The notes: a model not told the origin generated them from the sequence alone. Shown: positions 1 through 11,999, numbered from the stretch's first letter. The stretch is DNA of 64,000 bases from Octopus sinensis (GCF_006345805.1 NC_043009.1:33356001-33420000), one strand, 5' to 3'. Program-made: numbers and translations.

Positions 1-130
1 CGCTAAATAATTGCTTTGTGATACTCAATCCGATTCTCTGCATTCTGAGTTCAAATCTCCGTGAAGTCAACTTCAATTTTCATCCTTCAGTGGTTGATAA
101 ATAAAATGCCAGTTAATTATTAAGGTAGAT
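1..130 (+). mobile_element. Degenerate tRNA-derived SINE, group A (GGCGGCGAGCTGGCAGAATCG-head family), partial
   Basis: B-box-like TTCTGAGTTCAAAT followed by GTCAACTT..TTTCATCCTT..GTTGATAAATAAAATGCCAG, matching the copy at 15671-15899. Confidence 0.7.
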
Positions 131-149
131 TCTCTTTCTCTCTCTCTCC

Positions 150-182
<33 letters not shown>

Positions 183-559
183 CGCTTCTTCCTCCTTTAT
201 TTTATTTTTTGAGATGTTATGGTGTGATTTAAGGAAGATTTGGCTGCTATGTCTTGCATTTAAAATGGCTTCATGGAGGGTCACTCAAGTGTTCGTAAAA
301 GAAGGTTGTTCTTGCTGATCTTGAGTTGTTACTGCTTAAGAAGGAAACTGTGACGAAAGATAATGTTCCATTCCCACCATGTCTGTTTTGCAAAGGTTTA
401 TGCTGTTTCCCATGGACAACTTCTTTAAAGAGTCAGTGTTTATGAGACGAGGTATTACTAATCCCTTGCTCAACTCTCTCCTTTATCCGGTCTTGGAATC
501 GGTTGGTTTAGTCATTTGTATAACAATAACCAGTCCAGTTGGATGTTTGTGAACTCTGA

Positions 560-677
560 AAGGGAGAGTAGGTCTGTAAATCGACCGCAGTATTTAACCG
601 GTGTTTTATTTTATAGACCAAGAGAGGATTAAAGATAAAGTTATCAACATCGGGATTTGAACTCAAACATCAAAGAT
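560..677 (-). mobile_element. Degenerate group A SINE fragment
   Basis: Reverse complement resembles the group A body (AAATCGACC..CAGT..TTTTAT..GGATTTGAACTC). Confidence 0.55.
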
Positions 678-1429
678 CTAAAATAAATGAATTATAATGA
701 ATTCATCCGAGTTACATTTGTTTGCAGTCAAAAAAAAACGACTAACTCAACTCTATTTGTTTTTCAAAGAGTTAGAGACAGAGTTGTCGTAATGAAGAAT
801 ACAGTATTTCTTGGAATATTAGACAAATATCTTCTAATGCCAACATCTAAAGTAAGCGAAGAATTGTCCAAGTGTTCGTGGAATTGTTATGGAAAACAAA
901 AGATATTTTTTTAGCATAAAATCTATGATTGTTTTTGTTCAAATTCTTTTTTTTTTTTCTGATTTAATAAAATCAGGAAAATAATATAAAATGAAATTGT
1001 TCAAATAGAGACATTCACGGATTCTTTTGTGTCATGAAATAACTGTTATTGAAGGCTAAAATAAATGAACAAATTCAAAAATTAACAACAGTCACAACAA
1101 CAATATGAAATTATTATTTAAAAAAAGAAAAAAAAGCAATTAAACAGATAAATGATATTTTAAAAAGCATAAACAATACAAATAATCGGTAAGTCAGATG
1201 GAGGGAAGAATCAAAGTTGATGTGAACAGAATAAAACGATGTACTTGAGATAAAACCATCTTCCCCCCCACCAAACCGTCGTTTATTGTTCGTTGTTGGC
1301 AGATAATTATAATCCAATTGAAAATATTTATTAAAAGATAACAAAAGTTCAAACCGACGTTTATATTGTTATATATAGATCTAGCTTTTGTATGTGTGCG
1401 CATGAAAATGATATCACGTCGTTGTCATG

Positions 1430-1527
1430 CTGTTGTTGTTGTTGTTGTTGTTGGTGGTGGGTGGTGGTGGTGGTGGTGGTGGTGGTGGTGGTGGTGATGG
1501 TGGTGGTGCATGTGGTGATGATGATGT
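1430..1527. repeat. (GTT/GGT/GAT)n trinucleotide tract
   Basis: Direct reading. Confidence 0.95.
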
Positions 1528-1685
1528 CTTACTGAGTTGATGGCACAGAAATATAAATTGGATTAACTTCGTTTAGTTATCAATTTGTCAGCGGATTGCA
1601 TGATGTTATTAAAGATGAGATGATGTCAAGGCAGGCCCCATGGACTTAAAAGGCAAACGCATTCAGTGAAATTACATCGATCTCC

Positions 1686-2009
1686 ATCACCACCACCACC
1701 ACCACCACCACTACCGACACCAACACCGATACCACAACCATCGTATATCGTCGTCATCGTCATCAGCTTCGTAATCATTAAGTAATTCATAACTATCATC
1801 CCCATAATCATCAACACGAGTGTAACCACAATCACCAAGAACAACACAGATATCATCATCATTATCATCATCATCCTCATCATCATCATCTCTACAGCAA
1901 ACACCATCATCATCATTTCAGAACTACCGTCCCTATAACAACCACCACCACTACCAACATCGGGAGCAGCAATAATAGCAGCAGTAGTAGCAGTAGCATC
2001 ATTTTCATT

Positions 2010-2052
<43 letters not shown>

Positions 2053-2162
2053 CCATCGTCATCATCATCATCACCATCCTCTTCATAACTGTCATTATTT
2101 CAATCATCCCATTACAACCATTCTCAATCACCATCGTCATCACCACCATCATCAACATCATC

Positions 2163-2194
<32 letters not shown>

Positions 2195-2520
2195 CACAAT
2201 CGTCATCATCATCATCGTTATAACTATAACCATTACTATCACCACCCCAATTACCAACACCACTTCCGATACTGTTGGCACCCCCATCATCATCGCTTCT
2301 ACCTGCACCACCCCCATCACCGTCTCAGTCACTACCACGACCATTATCACCACTATCATCGTAATCACAACTACCGTCATCTTCATCACCAACAATATCA
2401 ATACCACCAACAACAAAAAACATCACCGCCACCACCACCGCCACCGCCACCACCATCGCCACCACCACCACCACCGCCACAACCGCCGCCACCGCCACCA
2501 CCACCGCCACCACTATCATC
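1686..2520. repeat. Long imperfect (CAT/CAC)n low-complexity tract
   Basis: Direct reading; source of the poly-Met/Val/Gly pseudo-ORFs. Confidence 0.95.
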
Positions 2521-2559
2521 TTGTATAGACACTTGCACCCATGTATATACATCTCCGAG

Positions 2560-2720
2560 TTCGGCTCGATTGCAGTCTTGAACACCCGGGTTCAAACCCC
2601 TTGCGAGCAGCAGAGAAGGTCGTGGGTCACTGTCATTACTCCGAGTCCACCCAACTCTTGTTTCAAATTGGGTACAGGAAAATTGTGTGGAGGCCTTTCT
2701 TACAGGATGTACCAGTAATT
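2560..2720 (+). mobile_element. Old tRNA-SINE remnant with conserved central-domain-like motif
   Basis: B-box-like GGGTTCAAACCCC followed by GTCCACCCAACTC..AAATTGGGTAC, resembling conserved SINE central domains. Confidence 0.4.
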
Positions 2721-3406
2721 TAAAAGGTCCACCCTCTCATACATCGGGTTGTGCGCATTTTGCCAGAAATTATACATATCTGCGGAATACTCGGCCACCT
2801 ACTCACTGATTCAGTGAATAGATTGTTTAGAAACTGAATATTTGCCGTCGAAACCGACGGAGAACCATTTACGCTTTTTAATCTACGTGTGTATGTGTAT
2901 GTGTGAGAAGATATATGCGTTGTGAGCGGGTGTCGTGTATATGTGTGTCTACGTATGAGTGTGTGTGTGTGGAAACATACATTCATACGTATATGTTGGT
3001 ATGTATGTATGAACATATGTATGCATGTATGTATGTACGTATGTATGAAGGTATGCATGCGTGTACGTACGTATGGTGAAATATACCTCACTCAGTGTAA
3101 TGATAATGTATCCTCTTATGATAAACATGAGCATCTTGGTATCAGGAGTGAGTGAGTGTGTGTGGTGTGTGTGTGTGTGTGTGTGTGTGTCTACATACAT
3201 ACGTACATACATATATGTGTGTGCCTGTGTGTGTATACATATATACATACACATACATATGTATATAATACGTATATATGAATACATATATATATATATA
3301 TCTACATGTATGCATATGTGCTTGTACTATATGCGTGTTTGTGTGTATGTGTTCATATGTATATGACTGTGTATGGGTACGTGTATGTGTATGTAATTGA
3401 AAGTGT

Positions 3407-3409
<3 letters not shown>

Positions 3410-3486
<77 letters not shown>

Positions 3487-3571
3487 TGTGTGTGTGTGTG
3501 TGTGTGCCTACGTACCGTTTCTGAATGCTAATTTATTGAATGAATTCAAAATTTGAGAAACAAAACCGACG

Positions 3572-3635
<64 letters not shown>

Positions 3636-3643
3636 AAAAAGAA
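3410..3643. repeat. (GT)n and (GAAA)n microsatellites
   Basis: Direct reading. Confidence 0.95.
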
Positions 3644-4171
3644 AGACTCTATGATATTTTCTGGAAACGGTAAATGGTAAACGGTAAATGGAAGTTATTT
3701 TGTGTTTGTTAAAGTTTGTTTTCGTTAGCCCGGCATACATTATTAAACTTGCTTTCATTCTGTTTCGCTGGGATTAAAACTTCCAAAGCATATAATTATA
3801 ATTGCTGCCGTCTCTTATAGAACTCCTTTCCGCCATTCTACCATTCCACCAAACCAGGAGTCGTTGTAATTTCTTCTTTTTGCTGTCACAAGGGAAATAT
3901 ACCAAATAAACGACTTAATGAATTCTTAAATGTCAGTGAGAAGTTCCTACATTTGCGAATCTAAAGCAATTTCCAAATATAATGGTGAGTTCGAACCGAA
4001 GGTCACATTCTACTTCCACAGAAATAGCTTTCGTTATTTACTCACACATTTATTCAAGTCTTCTGTTCAACCATTTTTGATATTCCTCTTTTAATGATGC
4101 CGGAATCTATTCAAAATGGAGCCGAACAAATCACTTATATACATACATATGTGTGTGGGGGGATGTGTGTG

Positions 4172-4203
<32 letters not shown>

Positions 4204-4456
4204 TCATACATATCATCGATTGTACATACAGATACATAGATATATACGTATATATGTGTGTATGTGTACATATATGTATGTGTGCATATAAATATATACA
4301 CACACATACATATATATATATTTATATATGTGTGTGTGTATATATATTATATATAAATATACACATGTATGTATGTGTATGTCCGTGCGCGCGTGTCAGT
4401 GTATATGCATGTATGTGTAGGCATATACAGAGATACATAGATATACGTGCTTATAC

Positions 4457-4522
<66 letters not shown>

Positions 4523-5024
4523 ATATGTATATATATATATATGTATGTATATATGTGTCAGTGAGTTGTTTTGTATGTATTTTTGTGTGCGCACAGGTGT
4601 GTATGTGTTTGCGTGTGTGCGTGTGTGTGACTACTTGTGCAAGTGTGTACGTTGGTCTTGCCTATGTGTACCATTATTTCCCGATCCCATTCATATGAAA
4701 TATCTAACATTTACTGAATGTAGACACCATGGACATGTGGTTTTAAGTTTTTCTAGAGGAAGACTGTATCATAGGTTCGATACTTAACCAAAGCACTTCT
4801 CTTCATTCTATGTAGTATTTTCTGATCCACAAAAGGAATCTCTATCCGCACTCGATCGACCTGCTAGATAGAGCAGGTGTTTTCTCTCAATTTACAGCTT
4901 ATTGTCTTTTAAGAAAAGAAATATTGGATATTTCTGGATTCTGTTCGCAAGACAAATGGTATGGCCATAGTTAGAACGTCTTTTGTCATAAATCTTCTCT
5001 GTTCAGAGTATACTTAGTGCTCAA

Positions 5025-5420
5025 CAACCTTTCCTCTCTCTCTTTTTCTCTCTCTCTCTCCCTCTCTCTCTCCCTCTCTCTCCCTCTATCTCTCTATCTA
5101 TCTATCTATCTATCTCTTTCTCTCCCTTTCTATCTCTCTCTTTCTCTCTCTCTCTCTTCTCTCTTCTTTCTTTCTCTCTTTCTTTCTCTCTCTCTCCCTC
5201 ATTCTCTCTCCTTCTCTCTCTCTTTCTGTCCTCTTACTCTCATCTCTCACTTTTGGCTTCTTCCATGTTAACTGCCGTTACACACACACACACACACACA
5301 CACACCACACACATACACGCATGCGCGGACACACACATACGCGCTCGCATATATAAATATATACATATATATATTTATATAAATGCATAGAGAGAGTGTG
5401 AGTGAGAGAGAGAGAGAAAT
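5025..5420. repeat. (CT)n/(CA)n/(TA)n compound microsatellite
   Basis: Direct reading. Confidence 0.95.
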
Positions 5421-6157
5421 ATGTACACTTGTTTAGAAGCTCCTACACTTAAAGAGGACCTCGGGAAATCGCACTCATTTTCTTTTCCCAACCACAACCA
5501 AATATCTTTAAACTTTTTATGCTGCCAAATTGTTAAACCAGACCAATGTCTTTATTCTATGCTAATTCCATCATTTCAGACCATTGTCGTAGATGAAGAT
5601 CTGTGATTATTTATTTTTATCCCTGTCAAAACTGAACTGGAATCCAAGCATTTTATTATTCAACACTGAAAAACAATCGACAAATTACATACCAGTCATA
5701 TACTAGACTTGATTTTAGACATTAAACCTTCTTCAATCAAATTTGTGACTCTGTACCACTTTGAGAACTTACCATTTCCAAAATTTAACAAGTTTGAAAA
5801 TTTAGTTATTATTTTAAATATCGAAATTAACAAGAAGTTTGAAATTTTGGCCATTATGTTAAATGTCCATGATGTAGACGCAAGTTCTTGAATTAATGCT
5901 GATATATTGGCCCCTAGTTCTAGACTCATACTTCATTTTTGTCAATCCTGGATAAATAAAGGGACAGTTTACACAGATAATAATAAAATTAGAATTAAAA
6001 AAAAAAAAAAGAACTAAATGCTGCAAAGCTGAAGACCTCTCTTCTGAAACTAAATAGTAGAGGAAAGACCAGAAATTTGTTCTGAGACGAATAATACAGT
6101 GAGAGGTGTAAATAAAAATGTTGCTTCTACTGAAGCAAAGTCAAATTATTTTTAATT

Positions 6158-6367
6158 GAAGGGCAGCGACCTGGCAGAATCGGTCCCGCGCCGAGCAAAA
6201 TGCTTAACGGCATTGCTCCGTTCTGAGTTCAATACTTAACGTCCGTTGCTCCGTTCTGAGTTCAAATTCCACCGGGCTCGACTTTGCTTTTCATTCTTTC
6301 AGGTTCGATAAAATAAACATCAGTCTAGCCCCGAAGCCTCCTGGCCTTGTGCCAAAAGTTGAAACCA
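6158..6367 (+). mobile_element. Group A SINE with internal duplication of TTGCTCCGTTCTGAGTTCAA
   Basis: Head GGCAGCGACCTGGCAGAATCG, duplicated B-box segment, body CTCGACTTTGCTTTTCATTC, tail GGCCTTGTGCCAAAAGTTGAAAC. Confidence 0.85.
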
Positions 6368-7039
6368 ATATTTTAACTGAACTATGTTTATTTTTAGCTA
6401 ATGAGATAATATAGTTTATTATGTGTGTAATTAGGGCCTCTAATACTGGCTTAACCTGTTAACCCAATTGTTATTTATCATGGAAGATCATTTAGCTTGG
6501 CCATTAATCTTATAACCTAAGAAACGCTGCCTTTACTTCTTAATCGTGGTCTGTTGTCCAATGAGTAACATTTAGAAGACTTTAAAACATCATTAAGCAT
6601 TTATTGCGAATAAGTAATTCTAAATAGAATTAACATTTCCCTTTCCAGGACATGACATGCAATTCAGCAATAATGTATTTGTTTGGTTCATATTTTGGCA
6701 GAGGTGAACCACTTTCTCACCCCTGAAAGACTTGCAGAAAACTCTCAGAACAGTGATGATTAATAATTCGGTGTTATGATTTTATTTATGAGTTCAATGC
6801 CGGTAACACGATATAAATTGTTCATTTTTGTGTTATTATTTTAGAATATGATTTCTTCATTAGATAACATCAGCATATACATCATGTATATTAAGATATT
6901 ATATTTCAAGATACATGGTTTGCAAAATACAAAACATTAAAAATGTCTTATCTAAATGACTTAAAGAAACTACATCAGCTAAAATAAGTTAAAGTGTCTT
7001 ATATCGGAGCAGCACCTCAAGTGTGACGGACGGCTAAAG

Positions 7040-7175
7040 CGAATGGAATCCAACTCAGTAAATGACTGGTATGTTATCTTATCGAACCCGAAGCAATGAA
7101 GGTACAGTCAGCCTCGACGAGTTTTGAACCCAGAACACAAAGCTAAATATTGCATGCCATTTAGTCCGCCGCACT
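7040..7175 (-). mobile_element. Degenerate group A SINE
   Basis: ATCGAACCCG..ATGAAGG..GTC.GCCTCGACG..TTTGAACCCAGAAC on + matches antisense group A. Confidence 0.6.
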
Positions 7176-7237
7176 CTTTTCCCATCTTCTTCTCTTCTCT
7201 ATTTCTCTCTTTCTCTTTTTCTCTGTATATATATATA

Positions 7238-7318
<81 letters not shown>

Positions 7319-7340
7319 TGTGTGTGTGTGTGTGTGTGTC

Positions 7341-7549
7341 ATTCAAAATGTGACCGCGTGTGTACCGTTGGCGATTTTTTCCCTCTGTCTTCCCTTCTCT
7401 GAATCTTTCCTTCTCCTATGTTTCCGACGAAGAGCTCCGCTCGAAACGTTAAACCCTCCCTCTTTCCTTCTTCCCTGAGCGTCCAATAATACTATATTTG
7501 TTCCAAGCCGTCGCGTTGTTGTGTTTTTTGTGCTTTCTTGTTTCGATTA

Positions 7550-7556
<7 letters not shown>
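7341..7556 (+). mobile_element. ~215-bp (TA)n-embedded repeat with hammerhead-like motif (Penelope pLTR/retrozyme-like, family H1)
   Basis: Second copy with the same ends at 62908-63123 (-); flanked by (TG)n and (TA)n. Confidence 0.75.
7420..7454 (+). ncRNA. Minimal type I hammerhead-ribozyme-like motif (variant core)
   Basis: GTTT-CCGACGA-A-GAGC(TCC)GCTC-GAAA-CGTT-AAAC: stem I GTTT/AAAC, stem II GAGC/GCTC, palindromic ACGT stem III, U4C core change. Confidence 0.5.
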
Positions 7557-7584
<28 letters not shown>

Positions 7585-7654
7585 GCGCATTCACACAAGA
7601 GTGAGTGAACAGACAAAAGAAAGGGCACTCAATACATCTATTGGGAGTTAAATG

Positions 7655-7817
7655 TATTATTCAAAACAGATTGATTCGGATTTCATGCTACTTCAAGTTT
7701 CGAAGCCCCTATCGGAGCCTGTCTCCTTGGAATCACCAGCTTGGGGAGTCAGGTTCCGTTAGGGGTCTGCGAAACTTGAAGTAGCACGAAATCCGAATCA
7801 AACTATTTTGAATAATA
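7655..7817. repeat. Fold-back palindrome (~75-bp arms)
   Basis: TTCAAAACAGATTGATTCGGATTTCATGCTACTTCAAGTTTCG.. pairs with ..CGAAACTTGAAGTAGCACGAAATCCGAATCAAACTATTTTGAA. Confidence 0.9.
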
Positions 7818-7830
7818 ATAATAATAATAA

Positions 7831-7861
<31 letters not shown>

Positions 7862-8055
7862 AAGAATATACGCATATATATATACGCACATATACATACA
7901 CACATACAAACACACATACACGGATATATATATATATACATATATACTTATACACACATACATCTACATATATACACATCCATACATAAGTATACATATA
8001 TGCACATACATATATACACATACACACATACATATACTCACAACGCTCACATACA

Positions 8056-8434
8056 TGGAAGCACACCGTCGGTTACGACGACGAGGGTTCCGGTTGATCC
8101 GAATCAACGGAACAGCCTGCTCGTGAAATTAACGTGTAAGTGGCTGAACACTCCACAGACACGTGTACCCTTAACGTAGTTCTCGGGGATATTCAGCGTG
8201 ACACAGAGAGTGACAAGGCCGGCCCTTTGAAATACAGGTACAACAGAAACAGGAAGTAAGAGAAAGTTGTAGTGAAAGAGTACAGCAGGGATCACCACCA
8301 TCCCCTGCCGGAGCCTCGTGGAGCTTTAGGTGTTTTCGCTCAATAAACACTCACAACGCCCGGTCTGGGAATCGAAACCGCGATCCTATGACCGCGAGTC
8401 CGCTGCCCTAACCACTGGGCCATTGCGCCTCCAC
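8056..8434 (-). mobile_element. tRNA(Arg)-like SINE, group C (head 1 + body 1 + tail X), near full length
   Basis: Antisense head GTGGAGGCGCAATGGCCCAGTGGTTAGGGCAGCGGACTCGCGG..GGTTTCGATTCCC; tail shared with 54467-54780. Confidence 0.9.
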
Positions 8435-9540
8435 ATTTGTTAACCATATTTCTGCTAAAACATGCTCTTTCGATTTATTTTGAAAATATTTAGGAATTTA
8501 GTCACTGTTGAAAACACACCGTCTTTGTTTCAATAAATTTTGAGAAAAATGGAAAATTTAGTAAAATTACTTTATCATCATTAAGCTTGTGTTTAGAAAA
8601 TTTTTTGATGGAAGGTTTTATTTTAAATCATTTTAACCTTTTCATGACCGTATTTTTTTAGATGATCTGTGTTTCTTTCAATCAATTTTAAATATATTAA
8701 AGAATTTAGTAAAATAACTTAGTTATTTTAGGCATAGGAGTGGCTGTGTGGTAAGTAGCTTGCTTACCAACCACATGGTTCCAGGTTCAGTCCCACTGCG
8801 TGGCACCTTGGGCAAGTGTCTTCTACTATAGCCTCGAGCCGACCAAAGCCTTATGAGTGGATTTGGTAGATGGAAACTGAAAGCCCGTCGTATATATGTA
8901 TGTGTGTATATATATGTGTGTGTTTGTGTGTCTGTGTTTGTCCCCCACCAACATTGCTTGACAACCGATGGTGGTATGTTTACATCGCCGTAACATAGCT
9001 GTTTGGCAAAAGACACTGATAGAATAAGAACTAGGCTTACAAAGAATATGTCCTGGGGTCGATTTGCTCGACTAAAGGCGGTGCTCCAGCATGGCCACAG
9101 TTGAAATACACTGACTGTTACACTTTTGGAAATGGTAGAAAACTTACTGAAATAACTCATTATTAATCTGGTGTTTGAAACAAAAATTAAAAAGAAATTT
9201 TGTTGGAAGGTTCGAATTTAGATCCCTTTAACCCTTTTATTATCATATTTCTGTTGAAATACGCTGCCATTGTTTCAATTTTGGAAATGGTGGAAGATTT
9301 ACTAAAATAACTATCATTATTAAGCTAGTGTTTGGAACAAAAATTAACAAGGAATTTTGATGAAAGATTCGAATTTGGATCACTTTAACCCCTTTTGAGA
9401 CCATATTTCTAATGAAATGCTCTGCCTTTTTTTTTTCGACTAATTTCAAAAAGCAATGAAGAATTTAGGATAAAATGACTATTTCATTGTTGGTATATGA
9501 AACATAAATTAACATGAAATTCGGATGAAAGGTTTAAAAC
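8435..9540. repeat. Degenerate ~150-bp tandem array (units starting TTAACC..CATATTTCT), interrupted by a SINE
   Basis: Recurring GAATTTAGTAAAATAACT, GAAATTTTGATGRAAGG and TTTAACCC motifs. Confidence 0.6.
8731..9115 (+). mobile_element. tRNA-derived SINE, group B (GGAGTGGCTGTGTGGTAAG head, CORE-like CCTTGGGCAAG), full length
   Basis: A/B boxes, CCTTGGGCAAGTGTCTTCTACT, internal (TA/TG)n, tail GGCGGTGCTCCAGCATGGCC. Confidence 0.92.
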
Positions 9541-10044
9541 AGGAAATTTGTAACACATAACAAGGAATGGTGTCTTCAGCAGGCGTCTTCTTACAAGAAC
9601 ACTGACCTGACTAAAAAAGTACTGAGGGGGATTTGTTAGATGGAAACTGAAGTGTTGGTCTCCTTATCTTGACAAGTGATGCTTGTAAATGAATATCACC
9701 ATTGTACAAGCAATATTCATTTCTAGTCTTCCAAGAAATACAAGTCTGGCCCAGGGGGAAGAGGGCGATATTATATTACCTAGAAACAGGTAAAGGTTGG
9801 CAACAGGAAGGGCATCCACCTGCAGAAAATTTAAATTCTGTCTGATCCATTTTTTTATTTCTTTTTACTGTTTTTGAGGATTCCTATGGCTCCTTGTCGC
9901 CATCCGATTCTGTTATGGATTTGAATCGGGAGTTCAAGTCCTAGTGAACCCTCCTTTAGGTGATTACACAACCATGGATGCCGCCCCTGCAGATGCTTTG
10001 CAGCTATCCTCTAGACAGATCTTCATGATCAACATACCCCACCC

Positions 10045-10081
<37 letters not shown>

Positions 10082-10084
<3 letters not shown>

Positions 10085-11540
10085 GGTATGTAGAAAAATA
10101 CAACATGGACAAGAACGTATAACTCTTAGAAGACGATACAATAAACACGGACAGGACATTCGAAACCCTCAGTCTTCAGTCAAGAACCGGATCATCGTAG
10201 TAATTTCGGCTGATTAATCTTGAGATTACTAGATCACAGCCAGCCCTCCAAGAAAAACTAAGCAACGAGCATTAGAAAAACTAAGCTGGGAGCGTAGATT
10301 TCCTGGAAGAAGGATCGAATACGGACACCAGGACAGCAAAAGGGACGAATATAAAAAAACAATGGAATACAGAAACATGAAATACAGAAGCATTAACGGT
10401 GAAAACAACAACAAGTGTCTTACGACTGATAACAAGCAAACAAATTTTTTCTCTGGCGCAAGGAAAGGAGCCTTATCGGCGATGCCTATAGCGGCGGACG
10501 AAAAACAACGATGTTAACACGACGCTGGTCAGAAGCTGAAAGGCAGATTTCGGCCAGCAGTCACGTGACAGAGAAGAGAGAAAAGAAAAGAAAGAGAAGC
10601 AACGGAAGAGAGAGAGAGAGAGGAGAGAGAGAGAGGAGGACAAACGCGACAAAGAGCGAGAAGAGAGAGAAAGAAGGAATCAGAGAGGAGAAGGGATGGG
10701 TTCGAAGAGCGACCTGTGAGTGCAGAGCGAGACAAGAAATAGGAGGGTAGTGGAAGATTAGACCAAAGAATCAGAGGAAAGAGAAGAGAAAAAGAGGATG
10801 AGTAGAGAGAGAAGGGGACAGATCAAGTAAAAGTGAGAGAGAGAGAGAGACAAACAAAGAGTCGTACCAGTTATTAAGAATATGTGCTGACATTAATGTT
10901 AGAGGGTACGTGGCGCCTGGAATATATGTTAAGGTATGTAGAAAAATACAACATGGACAAGAACGTATAACTCTTAGAAGACGATACAATAAACACGGAC
11001 AGGACATTCGAAACCCTCAGTCTTCAGTCAAGAACCGGATCATCGTAGTAATTTCGGCTGATTAATCTTGAGATTACTAGATCACGGCCAGCCCTCCAAG
11101 AAAAACTAAGCAACGAGCATTAGAAAAACTAAGCTGGGAGCGTAGATTTCCTGGAAGAAGGATCGAATGCATACGGACACCAGGACAGCAAAAGGGACGA
11201 ATATAAAAAAACAATGGAATACAGAACATGAAATACAGAAGCATAACGGTGAAAACAACAACAAGTGTCTTACGACTGATAACAAGCAAACAAATTTTTT
11301 CTCTGGCGCAAGGAAAGGAGCCTTATCGGCGATGCCTATAGCGGCGGACGAAAAACAACGATGTTAACACGACGCTGGTCAGAAGCTGAAAGGCAGATTT
11401 CGGCCAGCAGTCACGTGACAGAGAAGAGAGAAAAGAAAAGAAAGAGAAGCAACGGAAGAGAGAGAGAGAGAGGAGAGAGAGAGAGGAGGAACAAACGCGA
11501 CAAAGAGCGAGAAGAGAGAGAAAGAAGGAATCAGAGAGGG
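10082..11540 (-). mobile_element. Tandem (one full ~846-bp unit plus one partial unit) (TA)n-anchored repeat, family F, possibly Penelope-derived
   Basis: 10082-10697 is near-identical to 10928-11540; related diverged copy at 44285-44650 (+). Strand is inferred from the TA-anchored end. Confidence 0.65.
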
Positions 11541-11550
11541 GAGTGCTGCA

Positions 11551-11908
11551 GGAGTGGCTGTGTGGTAAATAGCATGCTTACCAACCACATGGTTCTGGGT
11601 TCAGCCCCATTGTGTGGTACCTTGGGAAAGTGTCTTCTACTATAGCCTCGGGCCGACCAAAGCCCTGTGAGCGGATTTGGTAGCCGGAAACTGAAAGAAG
11701 CCTGTCGTATATATGTGTGTGTGTTTGTCCCCCTCAACATCGCTTGACAACCAATGCTGGCGTGTCCGCATCCCTGTAACCCAGCGGTTCAGCAAAAGAG
11801 ATCGATAGAATAAGTACTAGGCTTACAAAGAATAAGTCCTGGAGTCAATCTGTTCGACTAAAGGCGGTGCTCCAGCATGGCCACAGTCAAATTACTGAAA
11901 CAAGTAAA
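11551..11908 (+). mobile_element. Group B SINE, full length
   Basis: Matches 8731-9115. Confidence 0.92.
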
Positions 11909-11999
11909 ATAATATAAATGATATATAGATATATGCATATATACATACATATATGTACATACCTACATATACATGTACATATATATACGTGCATATATG

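Noticed and set aside
1626-2595. Poly-Met/Val/Gly/His ORFs
   Set aside because: Translations of (CAT/CAC)n low-complexity DNA; no splice or domain evidence.
3892-3985. Plus-strand exon-like segment (cacaag|..AATG|gtgagt)
   Set aside because: Stops in all frames and no linked exons.
6025-6065. CTGAAGA..GAAAC..GTA hammerhead-like words
   Set aside because: Neither stem I nor stem II can pair.
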